Source: Ignavibacteriales bacterium
GTDB taxonomy: Bacteria; Bacteroidota; Ignavibacteria; UBA10030
Direction: 5' to 3'
Assembly (NCBI GenBank): GCA_016193365.1
Contig: JACPSI010000017.1
Coordinates: forward strand, 8,679 to 72,678
DNA: 64,000 nt
Shown here: positions 9,175-18,757 of the stretch, piece after piece
How positions within the stretch are numbered: position 1 is the first letter of the stretch
How the letters are laid out: each line of letters begins with the position of its first letter
Translations under genes and position numbers: made by a program
The notes under the pieces: generated by a model
The model's input: only the letters and a program-made list of their open reading frames with translations
Databases searched by the model: none
What the model was told of the DNA's origin: nothing

Positions 9175-9685
9175 GCGTCTCAACTCACTGGCTATCCCGT
9201 ATATGATAACACGGTCCGTTGCATCGAGTTTCTACGGCCTGCCCCGAACCACACATGATTTTGATTTCGTTGTGGAAATCCATGCACGTCTTATTCCGAA
9301 CATCGTTCAAAGTTTCAGCAAGGATTTCTACGTCAGTCTGGAAGGGATGACAGATGCACTTGAACATAAGACAATGTTTAATGTCGTTCATCATGAAACG
9401 GGGATTAAAGTTGATTTTTGGATTCTCGATCGGACCAAAGAGTTTGATGTGCTGTGTTTTCAACGTCGTCAAAAGCAAAATTATTTTGGTACAGAAATCT
9501 CTATGACCTCGCCGGAGGACCTTGTTCTCATGAAGTTGTTTTGGATGAAGGAATCTCCTTCTGATAGACATATCAATGATATTAAAGGGATTATAGCTGT
9601 CCAGCATAATCTTGAAAAGGACTATATGAGACATTGGGCAGAACGCCTTTCGCTTCTCCAATCTTTAAATTCATTCCTGAACTGA
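9110..9685 (+). CDS. Pol-beta-like nucleotidyltransferase (DUF6036/AbiEii-like)
   Basis: YMIT(R)[37 protein letters not shown] and Y..HWA..L. The conserved Gly is replaced by Arg. Confidence 0.75.
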   Translation: MRPNSEKESAPRQEKLLLLVIERLNSLAIPYMITRSVASSFYGLPRTTHDFDFVVEIHARLIPNIVQSFSKDFYVSLEGMTDALEHKTMFNVVHHETGIKVDFWILDRTKEFDVLCFQRRQKQNYFGTEISMTSPEDLVLMKLFWMKESPSDRHINDIKGIIAVQHNLEKDYMRHWAERLSLLQSLNSFLN

Positions 9686-9702
9686 CGACATGGAATGAAG
9701 AT

Positions 9703-10998
9703 ATGAATAATTTAAAACATGGTGATATCGAGATTTACGGTGCCATTCGAAAAGAAATCAATCGCCAGAACACCAAGTTGGAGCTCATTGCCTCAGAAAA
9801 CTTCGTGAGCCTTTCAGTTCTCGAAGCGATGGGGACGGCGTTGACGAACAAGTATGCGGAAGGCTATCCGGGAAAGCGCTATTACGGCGGCTGCGAGTTT
9901 GTTGATGTCGTTGAAAACCTTGCGCGGGACCGTGTCAAAAAACTCTTCGGGGCGGAATATGCAAACGTTCAGCCTCATTCCGGGTCACAGGCGAACATGG
10001 CCGTGTATTTCACGTTTTTGAAACCCGACGCTACGGTGTTAGGAATGAACCTCTCGCACGGCGGCCACCTGACACATGGATCACCCGTAAATTTTTCCGG
10101 TCAGCTGTATAAATTTTCTGCCTACGGGGTCTCAAAAGATACCGGGATGATAGATTACAACGAGGTTGAAGACATTGCGAAAAAAGAAAAGCCGAAGATG
10201 ATCACGGTCGGCGCGAGCGCGTATTCACGCAACATCGATTATAAAACCTTTCGGACGATTGCCGACCAGGTGGGTGCTTTTTTGTTTGCGGACATCGCTC
10301 ATCCGGCCGGGCTCATCGCCACCGGTTTTCTCAACAACCCTCTTCCCCACTGCCATGTTGTGACATCCACAACGCACAAAACACTCCGTGGCCCACGCGG
10401 CGGACTGATCCTCATGGGAAAGGACTTCGAAAATCCTTTTGGAGCCGTTGCACCTAAATCGGGAAGGAAGAAGATGATGTCGGAATTGATCGATTCCATG
10501 GTCATCCCCGGTATCCAGGGCGGCCCGCTTATGCATGTCATTGCCGCAAAAGCAGTAGGATTTTTCGAAAACCTTCAGCCCGACTTCAAGAAATACTCCG
10601 GACAGGTTATTAAGAATGCCCAAGCTCTCGCCGCCGCTCTGTCAAAAAAAGGTTACAATATTATTTCCGGGGGCACAGACAACCATCTCATGCTCATTGA
10701 CCTGCGAAGTAAGGACATCACCGGCAAGGAAGCTCAGGAAACTCTTGATTTGTCCGGAATTACGGTGAACAAGAATGCCGTGCCGTTCGATGACAAATCT
10801 CCGCTCATCACGAGTGGAATCAGGGTCGGTACTCCGGCTCTTACGACAAGAGGGATGAAAGAGCCGGAAATGGAAGCTGTTGGCGAATTCATCGACACCG
10901 TGATCACCAACCGAAAACCTGATACTTTTGTATCCGTAAGTAACAAAGTAAAAGAGTTGTGTTTAAAGTTCCCATTGTATCCCGAGCTGAGGAATTAG
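9703..10998 (+). CDS. glyA: Serine hydroxymethyltransferase
   Basis: [33 protein letters not shown] and GTDNHL motifs. Confidence 0.97.
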   Translation: MNNLKHGDIEIYGAIRKEINRQNTKLELIASENFVSLSVLEAMGTALTNKYAEGYPGKRYYGGCEFVDVVENLARDRVKKLFGAEYANVQPHSGSQANMAVYFTFLKPDATVLGMNLSHGGHLTHGSPVNFSGQLYKFSAYGVSKDTGMIDYNEVEDIAKKEKPKMITVGASAYSRNIDYKTFRTIADQVGAFLFADIAHPAGLIATGFLNNPLPHCHVVTSTTHKTLRGPRGGLILMGKDFENPFGAVAPKSGRKKMMSELIDSMVIPGIQGGPLMHVIAAKAVGFFENLQPDFKKYSGQVIKNAQALAAALSKKGYNIISGGTDNHLMLIDLRSKDITGKEAQETLDLSGITVNKNAVPFDDKSPLITSGIRVGTPALTTRGMKEPEMEAVGEFIDTVITNRKPDTFVSVSNKVKELCLKFPLYPELRN

Positions 10999-11002
10999 AA
11001 GC

Positions 11003-11800
11003 ATGCAATCGGTCCTCTCGAAATTCTTGAAAACCTCGTCGGCGGATAACGGTGAGTCAAGTCAAAAGGAAATGTCCTTTCTTGAACATCTCGAAGAGTT
11101 GCGATGGACGATCCTCAAGGCGGTCCTTGGAGTTCTCGTTGCCGCGATTGTTTGCGGAATTTATGCCGACTTCATCGTCCAGGATATTCTCCTCCATCCG
11201 CTAAGGACTGCGGGGCTCAAGGCGCAAGTGTTGAGTCCTTACGGAATCGTGTTGCTCTACATGGAAACAGTTTTGATTTGCGGGCTGATCCTGAGCATGC
11301 CGAACACGACTTTCTGGCTCTGGAAGTTTGTGGCCCCGGGTCTGTTGCCGAGTGAGCGGCGGTATATTTCCGGCATCGCGATTTTCACTTCTCTCTGCTT
11401 TTTTGCCGGTGTTGCTTTCGGCTACTTTATTGTGCTGCCCACGTCGCTGAAATTCTTTGCGCAGTTTGGGACGGCCAATATCGACCTCAACATCGCCATC
11501 GACCGCTACGTCAGCTTTGTGCTTGCTCTACTTCTCGGTGCGGGCCTTATTTTTGAGCTCCCCATGGTTTCGTATTTTCTTTCAAAAATGGGGCTGCTCA
11601 CACCGGCATTTATGCGGCATTACCGCCGGCACGCAATCGTTGGCATCTTGATTATTTCAGCTGTCGTCACGCCGACACCGGATATCGTTACACAGGTGCT
11701 GTTGGCCATGCCGATGCTCCTGCTCTATGAACTCAGCATCTTTATCTCGAAGGTCTCGCAGAAAAAAGAGCCAGAGATCCTGAAAGAAGAACAATCGTGA
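11003..11800 (+). CDS. tatC: Twin-arginine translocase subunit TatC
   Basis: MSFLEHLEELR, FVAPGL, FELP and TPTPD motifs; six TM segments. Confidence 0.95.
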   Translation: MQSVLSKFLKTSSADNGESSQKEMSFLEHLEELRWTILKAVLGVLVAAIVCGIYADFIVQDILLHPLRTAGLKAQVLSPYGIVLLYMETVLICGLILSMPNTTFWLWKFVAPGLLPSERRYISGIAIFTSLCFFAGVAFGYFIVLPTSLKFFAQFGTANIDLNIAIDRYVSFVLALLLGAGLIFELPMVSYFLSKMGLLTPAFMRHYRRHAIVGILIISAVVTPTPDIVTQVLLAMPMLLLYELSIFISKVSQKKEPEILKEEQS

Positions 11801-12792
11801 ACCTTCTCAGTACGACATCCGCAACGCTGGATTCCATCAAGGAACCGGTCAGCGCGGAGTTGAAGACGTTTGACCGTTTTTTCCGGGAGGCCATGCGGTC
11901 GAAGGTCGGCCTGGTGGATGTCATTGCCCGCTACATCATTCGGCAAAAAGGGAAGCGTGTGCGCCCTCTGCTTGTCCTCTTGAGCGCCAAGGTGTGCGGT
12001 GATATCGGCGAGAGCACGTATCGTGCAGCAACCCTCGTAGAGATTCTCCATACAGCCACACTCGTGCACGACGATGTTGTGGACGACGCCGACACGCGCC
12101 GCGGCCTGGCGTCGATTAACGCTGTCTGGAAAAACAAGGTATCGGTGTTGATGGGCGATTACTTGCTCTCACGAGGACTCCTCATCTCTCTCGAACACAA
12201 CGACTACTATTTTCTTCATTCCACGTCCAACGCCGTCAAACGAATGAGCGAAGGCGAGCTGCTCCAGATTCAAAAGAGCCGTCAGCTGAACATCGACGAA
12301 GAGACCTATTTGAAAATTATCGGAGACAAAACGGCTTCTCTGTTCTCAACATGCACGGATATCGGCGCTGCGAGTTCGACGGAAGATTCCGGCAAACGTG
12401 AATTGATGCGGAATTTCGGCGAATCTATCGGGATGGCGTTCCAGATCCGAGATGATTTGCTTGATTATGAAGGAAGGAAAAGCATCATCGGAAAACCCAC
12501 GGGGATCGACATCAAAGAGAAGAAGCTCACTCTCCCCCTGATCCATGCCCTTCACTCAGGCCCCCGCAGGGAAGCTCGTCAAGCATTGCGGCTCATCAAG
12601 AATGGTGCGAAACGGAAGGACCTTGATTGGGTTATCGACTTCGTCAAAGCAGCTGGTGGGATCGACTACGCGTTCGCCAAAGCCGAGCACTTTGCATCAC
12701 TCGCCCGACACAACCTCACATCTTTTGCCGATTCTCCTGCGAAACATTCCCTCCTGCAGTTTGTTCATTTCGTCATGGAGCGGACGAGCTAA
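11797..12792 (+). CDS. Polyprenyl diphosphate synthase (IspB-like)
   Basis: GKRVRP, HDDVVD...RRG and FQIRDDLLD motifs. Confidence 0.92.
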   Translation: MNLLSTTSATLDSIKEPVSAELKTFDRFFREAMRSKVGLVDVIARYIIRQKGKRVRPLLVLLSAKVCGDIGESTYRAATLVEILHTATLVHDDVVDDADTRRGLASINAVWKNKVSVLMGDYLLSRGLLISLEHNDYYFLHSTSNAVKRMSEGELLQIQKSRQLNIDEETYLKIIGDKTASLFSTCTDIGAASSTEDSGKRELMRNFGESIGMAFQIRDDLLDYEGRKSIIGKPTGIDIKEKKLTLPLIHALHSGPRREARQALRLIKNGAKRKDLDWVIDFVKAAGGIDYAFAKAEHFASLARHNLTSFADSPAKHSLLQFVHFVMERTS

Positions 12793-12810
12793 GGCATTCA
12801 GGTTGCGTTC

Positions 12811-13929
12811 TTAATGAAGCTTTCCCTGTTTGGCGGAAGCTCCCAGGACTATTGGTAAAGCCGCTTCAAGTTTCTTCATTTCTTCATCAGTTCCCATGCT
12901 CACACGGCACCAGTCTCCATAAGGTGGGAACGGTCTGGCAACAAGAACCCCATGTTCTTTCATTGCCGGACGAAAGTTTTCGATCTGTTGACCGGAGCGG
13001 AAAAAAACAAAATTTCCTTCAGAGCGCATGTACCTGAGCTCATGTTCATCGAAAAGGCGATACAGCAGCTCCTTCCCTTCCCGGCACTTTTTCTTTGTGA
13101 AATCCTGAAAGTCCTTATCCTTGTAACTTGCGATGGCCCCGCGCAAACCGACGACATTCACGCTCCCCGTCATCAAGCGCTGAAGTTTCCTCATCGTATC
13201 AGGCTGGCCAATCCCGAAGCCAACTCTCATGCCTGCAAGTCCATGAATCTTCGATGCCGTGCGTGAAACAATAACGTTGTATCCTTTTTGCACGAGAGGC
13301 ACCATGGAATGGTAATCCGGATCCTCGACATATTCGTGGTAGGCTTCGTCGACAAAGACGAGAGCCTGCTTCGACACATCTTCGCAAAAAGACTGCAAGG
13401 CTCCGCTCTTTACCAGGGTTCCGGTAGGGTTATTGGGGTTGCAAACGTAAACGAGCGTCGTTTTGCCCGTAACGCGACGATGCATTTCCGAAAGGTCATG
13501 TCTCATGGATTCATCCAACGGAACCTGCTGAACCGCCGCACCGATGTTGCGAGCATAATCCACGAGCGACTCAAACGTCGGGTGGGCGGCAACGATTTCC
13601 GCTTTTTCCCTGCCCGCGAGCAACGGCGCAACTTTGAGAATTTCCGCCGAGCCCGCGCCGACAACGATGTGTTCTTGAGTGACTCCGATAACCTCCGCCA
13701 TGAGCGCCCGAAATTCCTCCGTCGGAAGCCCCGTATAAAGATTCCCCTCGTTGAATGCCTCAGCCATTGCTTTCCGTGCCGCGGCAGACGGGCCGTAGGG
13801 ATTCTCGTTTGATTGCAGTCGTGCTTCTCCCCCGAGCCGAAGCGCCCTGGCTGGGAATACATTTGCCGGCCCCACAACCTGGGCGGCTACGAGCGCTCCG
13901 GTATTCCAAAGCCAACGTCGTCTATTCAC
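12811..13929 (-). CDS. Class I/II PLP aminotransferase (HisC-like) with twin-arginine signal peptide
   Basis: GTG at 13929 is 6 nt from AGGAG; N-terminus NRRRWL plus hydrophobic stretch; NENPYG, CNPNNPTG, DEAY and RTASKIHGLAGMRVG. Confidence 0.85.
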   Translation of the reverse strand: MNRRRWLWNTGALVAAQVVGPANVFPARALRLGGEARLQSNENPYGPSAAARKAMAEAFNEGNLYTGLPTEEFRALMAEVIGVTQEHIVVGAGSAEILKVAPLLAGREKAEIVAAHPTFESLVDYARNIGAAVQQVPLDESMRHDLSEMHRRVTGKTTLVYVCNPNNPTGTLVKSGALQSFCEDVSKQALVFVDEAYHEYVEDPDYHSMVPLVQKGYNVIVSRTASKIHGLAGMRVGFGIGQPDTMRKLQRLMTGSVNVVGLRGAIASYKDKDFQDFTKKKCREGKELLYRLFDEHELRYMRSEGNFVFFRSGQQIENFRPAMKEHGVLVARPFPPYGDWCRVSMGTDEEMKKLEAALPIVLGASAKQGKLH

Positions 13930-14014
13930 AGACAACTCCTTTCATGACCTCCACATTGTTTCCTTTTGGTGGGAACAGATCTAAGGTTGAAGGCGCGGAG
14001 AACAATACGAAAAA

Positions 14015-14608
14015 CTAAACGAACTCCTTTTCACCGCTCCTTACAACGAGCACTGGACACGGCGCTTTCCGGACGACTTTTTCAGCGGTGCTGCCAAATA
14101 AGATGTGTTCCATCCCGCTATGGCCGTGCGTGGCGATAATAATCAGGTCGATGTCCTCTTCTGTTGCGTACTGGTTGATTTCGTAGAAAGGCTTTCCCGT
14201 CCTGACGGAAAAACGTGCGGGGAGCCTCCGCCCGATTTCTTTTTTCATGAGGGTTTCGAGCTCTTCAGTGCCTCTTTTACGAAGCTCTTCCTCGACATTG
14301 GGAAACCCTACCTGGCCAAAGCTGAAATCGGCAGGATAGATGGCAGGCTCCACAACGTACAACAAATCGACCGACGCCTCGAATTGCCGGGCGAAGGGAA
14401 TTGCGTATTTGAGCGCGTTCTTGGAAAACTCGGAGAAATCGATTGGAACGAGAATCCTACTGAGGCGAATTGGGGAGGAGGCTCTGCGAGACTTTCCGCG
14501 GGCAGGCCCTTTTGTTGCCTTGGATTGGGATGGACGGGCGGGTCCGCGTGCCATATTGCGTCTAGATAGTCGGGCAGGCCGTTCAGGTGATTTTTTCTTC
14601 TTTGCCAT
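14015..14608 (-). CDS. Universal stress protein with basic N-terminal extension
   Basis: ILVPIDFS, ATHG and FGSTAEKVVRKAPCPVLVV. Confidence 0.9.
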   Translation of the reverse strand: MAKKKKSPERPARLSRRNMARGPARPSQSKATKGPARGKSRRASSPIRLSRILVPIDFSEFSKNALKYAIPFARQFEASVDLLYVVEPAIYPADFSFGQVGFPNVEEELRKRGTEELETLMKKEIGRRLPARFSVRTGKPFYEINQYATEEDIDLIIIATHGHSGMEHILFGSTAEKVVRKAPCPVLVVRSGEKEFV

Positions 14609-15167
14609 TGGGCTCTTTCTCCTGTGCCTGAAGTCGATCGAGCTGATTTCTTATTTTGGAAAGTTCCTTGTCCGTTTTTCGCAGTCGCTGCGCGACAATT
14701 TCAGCCAATTTGAGGACGATTTTCGTTCCCAGCCGTGGTTTCTTTTCGATAAGTTCGAACAAATCCGGTCTGAAAAAACCGATCAGCGTGCAGTCCACTT
14801 TGCAAATGGCGTTTGCCGAACGCGGAGATTCGTCGAGTAAAGCAATCTCGCCAAAAAAATCTCCGTCCGTCAGCACAGCAAGCTCTTCTTCCACGCTGTC
14901 TTTGCCGGCTAAAGAAATCGAAACCTCGCCTTCTTGAATTATATACATCCCGAGCCCCGGATCGCCCATATAGAACACCGGCTCGCCCGCGCGATATTGG
15001 CGTTTATGAACAATAGAGGCGACTTCCTTCAGCTCGCGTGTGGTGAGGCTTGCAAAAGCAGGAACCTTGCTCAGAACCTCTTCGGTCGAACCTTCCCGGA
15101 CCATGCGTTCCGAGAAGATGTTCTTCCAGATCGCGCTTTTACCGACAAATTTTGGAACGACTGCCAT
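14583..15167 (-). CDS. Cyclic nucleotide-binding domain protein (no HTH)
   Basis: GDPGLGMYIIQEG, GDFFGEIALL and PRSA cassette; C-terminal coiled coil. Confidence 0.88.
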   Translation of the reverse strand: MAVVPKFVGKSAIWKNIFSERMVREGSTEEVLSKVPAFASLTTRELKEVASIVHKRQYRAGEPVFYMGDPGLGMYIIQEGEVSISLAGKDSVEEELAVLTDGDFFGEIALLDESPRSANAICKVDCTLIGFFRPDLFELIEKKPRLGTKIVLKLAEIVAQRLRKTDKELSKIRNQLDRLQAQEKEPNGKEEKIT

Positions 15168-15197
15168 AGTTGTGTTCTTTTGCCATGAGTGCTGGTA

Positions 15198-15244
15198 AAA
15201 CCTTCCGAAGGTCGTTGAAAAGCATAGTAAACCTTCGGAAGGTC
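15198..15244. repeat. REP-like inverted pair (ACCTTC(C/G)GAAGGT family)
   Basis: AAACCTTCCGAAGGTC 15198-15213 and AACCTTCGGAAGGTC 15230-15244; same motif at 139-153 and 216-234. Confidence 0.75.
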
Positions 15245-15245
15245 C

Positions 15246-16166
15246 TTATTGAACGAAATTCAGCCAATCGTGTTTGTCATTTCCGTTTTGCACGACGTCA
15301 AAGAAAGCCTTTTGAAGCTCTTTCGTCACCGGGCCGGGCTTTCCTTCGCCGATCGGGATTCTATCCACGGAACGAATTGGCGTAATCTCCGCCGCCGTGC
15401 CGGTGAAAAAGACTTCCTCCGCGGTGAACAACATCTCGCGCGGGAGCGTCAATTCAACAACAGAATACCCAAGGTCCTTCGCCAGCGTCACGATGGAAGA
15501 CCTTGTGACTCCCGGAAGAAGTGCAGCGGCAATGGGTGGCGTAAGCACTGTCTTGTCCCGCACAAGGAAAATATTCTCTCCGCTGCCCTCACTGATGTTT
15601 CCCGTCGTATCCAGCGCGATGCCTTCAACATAGCCGCCGGCGATTGCTTCGAGCTTGATGAGCTGCGAATTCAAATAATTTCCGCCAGACTTTGCGATTG
15701 TCGGGAACGTGTTGGGGGCTGCCCTCTGCCAGGATGATACACAGACATCAATTCCTTTTTCCAGAGCTTCTTTTCCAAGGTACGCTCCCCATTCCCACAC
15801 GGCAATTGAGACGTCCACGGGGCAACCTGTAGGGTTGACTCCGACCTCGCCGTATCCCCGGTAAACGATGGGTCTAATGTAACAAGCTTTGAGATTATTT
15901 GCACGTATGGTTTCTTTGATTGCCTGCTCAATCTGCTGTTTTGTATAGGGAATTTCAGCCCGATAAATTTTGCAGGAATCATACAAGCGGCGCAGGTGGG
16001 CATCAAGGCGGAAAATCGCCGAGCCTTTCTTCGTGTCGTAACACCTGATGCCCTCAAACCAGCTGGAGCCGTAATGAATCACGTGGGAAAGGATATGAAC
16101 CTTTGCGTCATCCCAGTTCGTTAACGTTCCGTTCATCCATATTTTTTCTACCTTTTTTACAGGCAT
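15246..16166 (-). CDS. ilvE: Branched-chain amino acid aminotransferase
   Basis: [36 protein letters not shown] and GTAAE. Confidence 0.95.
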   Translation of the reverse strand: MPVKKVEKIWMNGTLTNWDDAKVHILSHVIHYGSSWFEGIRCYDTKKGSAIFRLDAHLRRLYDSCKIYRAEIPYTKQQIEQAIKETIRANNLKACYIRPIVYRGYGEVGVNPTGCPVDVSIAVWEWGAYLGKEALEKGIDVCVSSWQRAAPNTFPTIAKSGGNYLNSQLIKLEAIAGGYVEGIALDTTGNISEGSGENIFLVRDKTVLTPPIAAALLPGVTRSSIVTLAKDLGYSVVELTLPREMLFTAEEVFFTGTAAEITPIRSVDRIPIGEGKPGPVTKELQKAFFDVVQNGNDKHDWLNFVQ

Positions 16167-16199
16167 GAGAAGCCTCTCTGTTAGTTTATTCGCGTCTGT

Positions 16200-17318
16200 T
16201 TAGATAGCTATGTCGTACAATCGGTACTTCTTGTATAACTCTCCGTTCATCGCCTCCGCCGCCCGGTTCATCATCACATTATTTTCCAGAACCCAGCTTG
16301 CTTCTCCGTAATCGTAGCCCAGAGGCTTCGCCCGCGCCGCCGTCTCGTAGAAGAGCGCCCCCGCGGCCCCCGTGTTCAGATACTCCGGCAACACACCCAA
16401 CACGATTACCCTCGCCAGGTCGATTTGTTTCTTTTTTGTCATGAGATGAAACAATCCTGGCAGCAGCCTCCCCTTCTTGTTATGCTTTAATGCGATATTG
16501 ATATCGGGCAGTGATAACGCAAACCCGATGGTTTTCCCTTTGGACTCCGCAAAAATAACAAGGTCCGGAACAACCACGGGTTTCAAATCAGCTGCAAGCG
16601 CTTCGATTTCTTCCCCCGTCATCGGTACGGCTCCCCAGTTTTTTTGCCAGGCGCGGTTGAAAATATCCTTGATGCGCACGACTTCTTCTTCGAACCGTTT
16701 CATGTCGAGCGACCGAAACGTCAGACCCTGGCGGCGTTTGACAATGTCGTTGGCACGAACGATTTTCTCCGAATACACTGTTTGCTGGCTGAGTTTGTAT
16801 GAAAACAAATCCATCACCTTGTGAAACCCATAAGCCTCTACGAGATGTGCGTAATACGGAGGATTGTACGGCATGAGGACGGCAGGGCTGTATTGAAATC
16901 CCTCGATCAACAACCCAATCTCGTCATTGACCGAAGGTGATGCCGGCCCTCGCATAGTGTCCATCCCATGAGACTTCAAAAAGTTTTTTGCAGTATCGAA
17001 AAGCGTTGTGGCAACAGACTGGTCATCGATGCTCTCAAAAAATCCAAAAAAACCGACCTTGTCGTTGTGTTCCTTGTTATGATTATGATTGACAATCGCT
17101 CCGATCCTTCCCACCATTTCGCCATTCCGCTCGGCAATGTAAAACTCTGCATCCGCGTGTTGATAAAAGGGGTTCTTCTTCCTGTCCATGAGTTTCTTGC
17201 GGTCCATCAGCAAGGGCGGGACCCAATGCGGATCGTTCTTGTAAATTTTCCAGAGGAACTTGATGAAAGCGTTTGTATCGGAGCTTGTTTTGACGGGGCG
17301 GACAGTGACTGTGCTCAT
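16200..17318 (-). CDS. GNAT-fold protein, probable bacterial ceramide synthase (bCerS-like)
   Basis: About 372 aa with WVPPL, GRI.A, GFFGFFE, MPYNPPYY and SWVLENN..M; directly downstream of spt. Confidence 0.75.
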   Translation of the reverse strand: MSTVTVRPVKTSSDTNAFIKFLWKIYKNDPHWVPPLLMDRKKLMDRKKNPFYQHADAEFYIAERNGEMVGRIGAIVNHNHNKEHNDKVGFFGFFESIDDQSVATTLFDTAKNFLKSHGMDTMRGPASPSVNDEIGLLIEGFQYSPAVLMPYNPPYYAHLVEAYGFHKVMDLFSYKLSQQTVYSEKIVRANDIVKRRQGLTFRSLDMKRFEEEVVRIKDIFNRAWQKNWGAVPMTGEEIEALAADLKPVVVPDLVIFAESKGKTIGFALSLPDINIALKHNKKGRLLPGLFHLMTKKKQIDLARVIVLGVLPEYLNTGAAGALFYETAARAKPLGYDYGEASWVLENNVMMNRAAEAMNGELYKKYRLYDIAI

Positions 17319-17344
17319 AGGGCAGAGCTGCGAGTGACAAAAGC

Positions 17345-17378
17345 AAAAAAGCCGCGGCACCCGTCGGCACTGCGGCTT
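17345..17378 (-). terminator. Intrinsic terminator-like hairpin between spt and the bcerS-like gene
   Basis: Minus strand AAGCCGCAGTGCC-GACG-GGTGCCGCGGCTT continuing into TTTTGCTTTT. Confidence 0.6.
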
Positions 17379-17418
17379 CCATCATGAAAGCGCCTGAAGA
17401 GAAAAATGAGGCCCATCG

Positions 17419-18633
17419 TTAATGAATAACCCCGAGCTTCTTACCAACGGCCCCGAACACGTCGAGGATCCTGTTCAAATGCTCATCCTCGTGCGTTGCC
17501 ATATAGCTCGTCCGGAGCATTTCCATTCCCGGCGGAACTCCCGGCCGGATGAAGGCATTCACGAAAACGCCGGCTTCAAACAGATGCTTCCACATCACCA
17601 GGACTTTTTCTGTATCGCCGATGATGACGGGGACCACCGCAGAGTCGTGTTCCCCGACGCGGAAACCCATGGCGTTAAAACCTTCGCGCATTTTGCGGGC
17701 GTTTTTCATCAGCCGGTCGATGCGTTCGGGTTCCTTCTCCAGAATATCTAGGGCGGCCAAAGCCGCAGCAACGGAGGCAGGCGTGGGGCTCGCGCTGAAA
17801 ATCAGTGCGGGTGCGTGGTGCTTGAGATAGTTGATCACCGGCCGGTCTCCGACCACAAATCCGCCAAGTGATGCAAACGTCTTGCTAAAGGTCCCCATGG
17901 TAAGGTCTGTTTCTTTTTCGAGGCCATAATGACTTGCAGTTCCCCTCCCGCCTTTGCCTATGACTCCGACTGCGTGCGCGTCGTCGACGAGGATTTTTGC
18001 ATTGTATTTCCTGGCGACGCGGACCATGTTGGGCAAATCGACGATCTCTCCTGAGGTACTGAAGACACCGTCAGAAACAATGAGTTTCGGAGCCCCGGCG
18101 GGTAGCTTGGACATAACAAGTTCGAGGTGTTTCATGTCGTTGTGCTTGTAACGAACGACTCCTTGCTGGTCATCATCGATGTACGATGCCGCGCCCGCAG
18201 CCATGAGATTGCCAGCAACTATACACGCGTGGTTGTCTTTGTCTGAAACCACAAATTCGCCCCTTTGAACAAGCGTCGGGATAATTCCTTGGGCTGTCTG
18301 GTACCCTGTGCTGTAGAGAAGGCAATCCTCCTTGCCGAAGAATTTTGAAAGCCTTTGTTCAAGTTCAACGTGGAGATCAAGAGTTCCTGTGAGATACCGT
18401 GAGCCGGAACAACCGGTGCCGTATTTCTGCACAGCCCGGGTGGCAGCTTCTTTGACCTTCGGGTGTGCGGTTAAACCGAGGTAATTGTTGGAGCCGGCCA
18501 TGATGACCTTCCTGCCTTCAATCATAACCACCGGCCCTTCGTTTTCCGAGATCGCATGGAAGTACGGATACAAACCCATCGCTTTTGTTTCATCAGCACG
18601 CGTAAAACTTCGACATTTATCGAACAAATCCAA
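17419..18633 (-). CDS. spt: Alpha-oxoamine synthase, probable serine palmitoyltransferase
   Basis: [31 protein letters not shown] and LRTSYMATH; TTG start with GAGGAG; flanked by bCerS-like and SDR genes. Confidence 0.78.
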   Translation of the reverse strand: MDLFDKCRSFTRADETKAMGLYPYFHAISENEGPVVMIEGRKVIMAGSNNYLGLTAHPKVKEAATRAVQKYGTGCSGSRYLTGTLDLHVELEQRLSKFFGKEDCLLYSTGYQTAQGIIPTLVQRGEFVVSDKDNHACIVAGNLMAAGAASYIDDDQQGVVRYKHNDMKHLELVMSKLPAGAPKLIVSDGVFSTSGEIVDLPNMVRVARKYNAKILVDDAHAVGVIGKGGRGTASHYGLEKETDLTMGTFSKTFASLGGFVVGDRPVINYLKHHAPALIFSASPTPASVAAALAALDILEKEPERIDRLMKNARKMREGFNAMGFRVGEHDSAVVPVIIGDTEKVLVMWKHLFEAGVFVNAFIRPGVPPGMEMLRTSYMATHEDEHLNRILDVFGAVGKKLGVIH

Positions 18634-18676
18634 CCGGGGAACTCCTCAAGAGCGAGAGAAAGGAAAGTTGTGCGCT

Positions 18677-18705
18677 TTGCTTGCGAAAAGTTTTTTGAAT
18701 ATACT
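18677..18705 (+). promoter_or_regulatory. Sigma70-type promoter for the SDR/cerR-like gene
   Basis: TTGCTT-17 nt-TATACT. Confidence 0.65.
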
Positions 18706-18726
18706 TTAATAAGCCACGAAAGTCAA
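18698..18726 (-). promoter_or_regulatory. Sigma70-type promoter for spt
   Basis: TTGACT-17 nt-TATATT on the minus strand. Confidence 0.7.
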
Positions 18727-18757
18727 CGAAACTCACAATTATTCCTAAGGTGTTGAG

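Noticed and set aside
17419-18633. BioF or Kbl annotation
   Set aside because: No bio or tdh genes nearby, and the flanking bCerS-like and SDR genes favour Spt; not fully excluded without phylogeny
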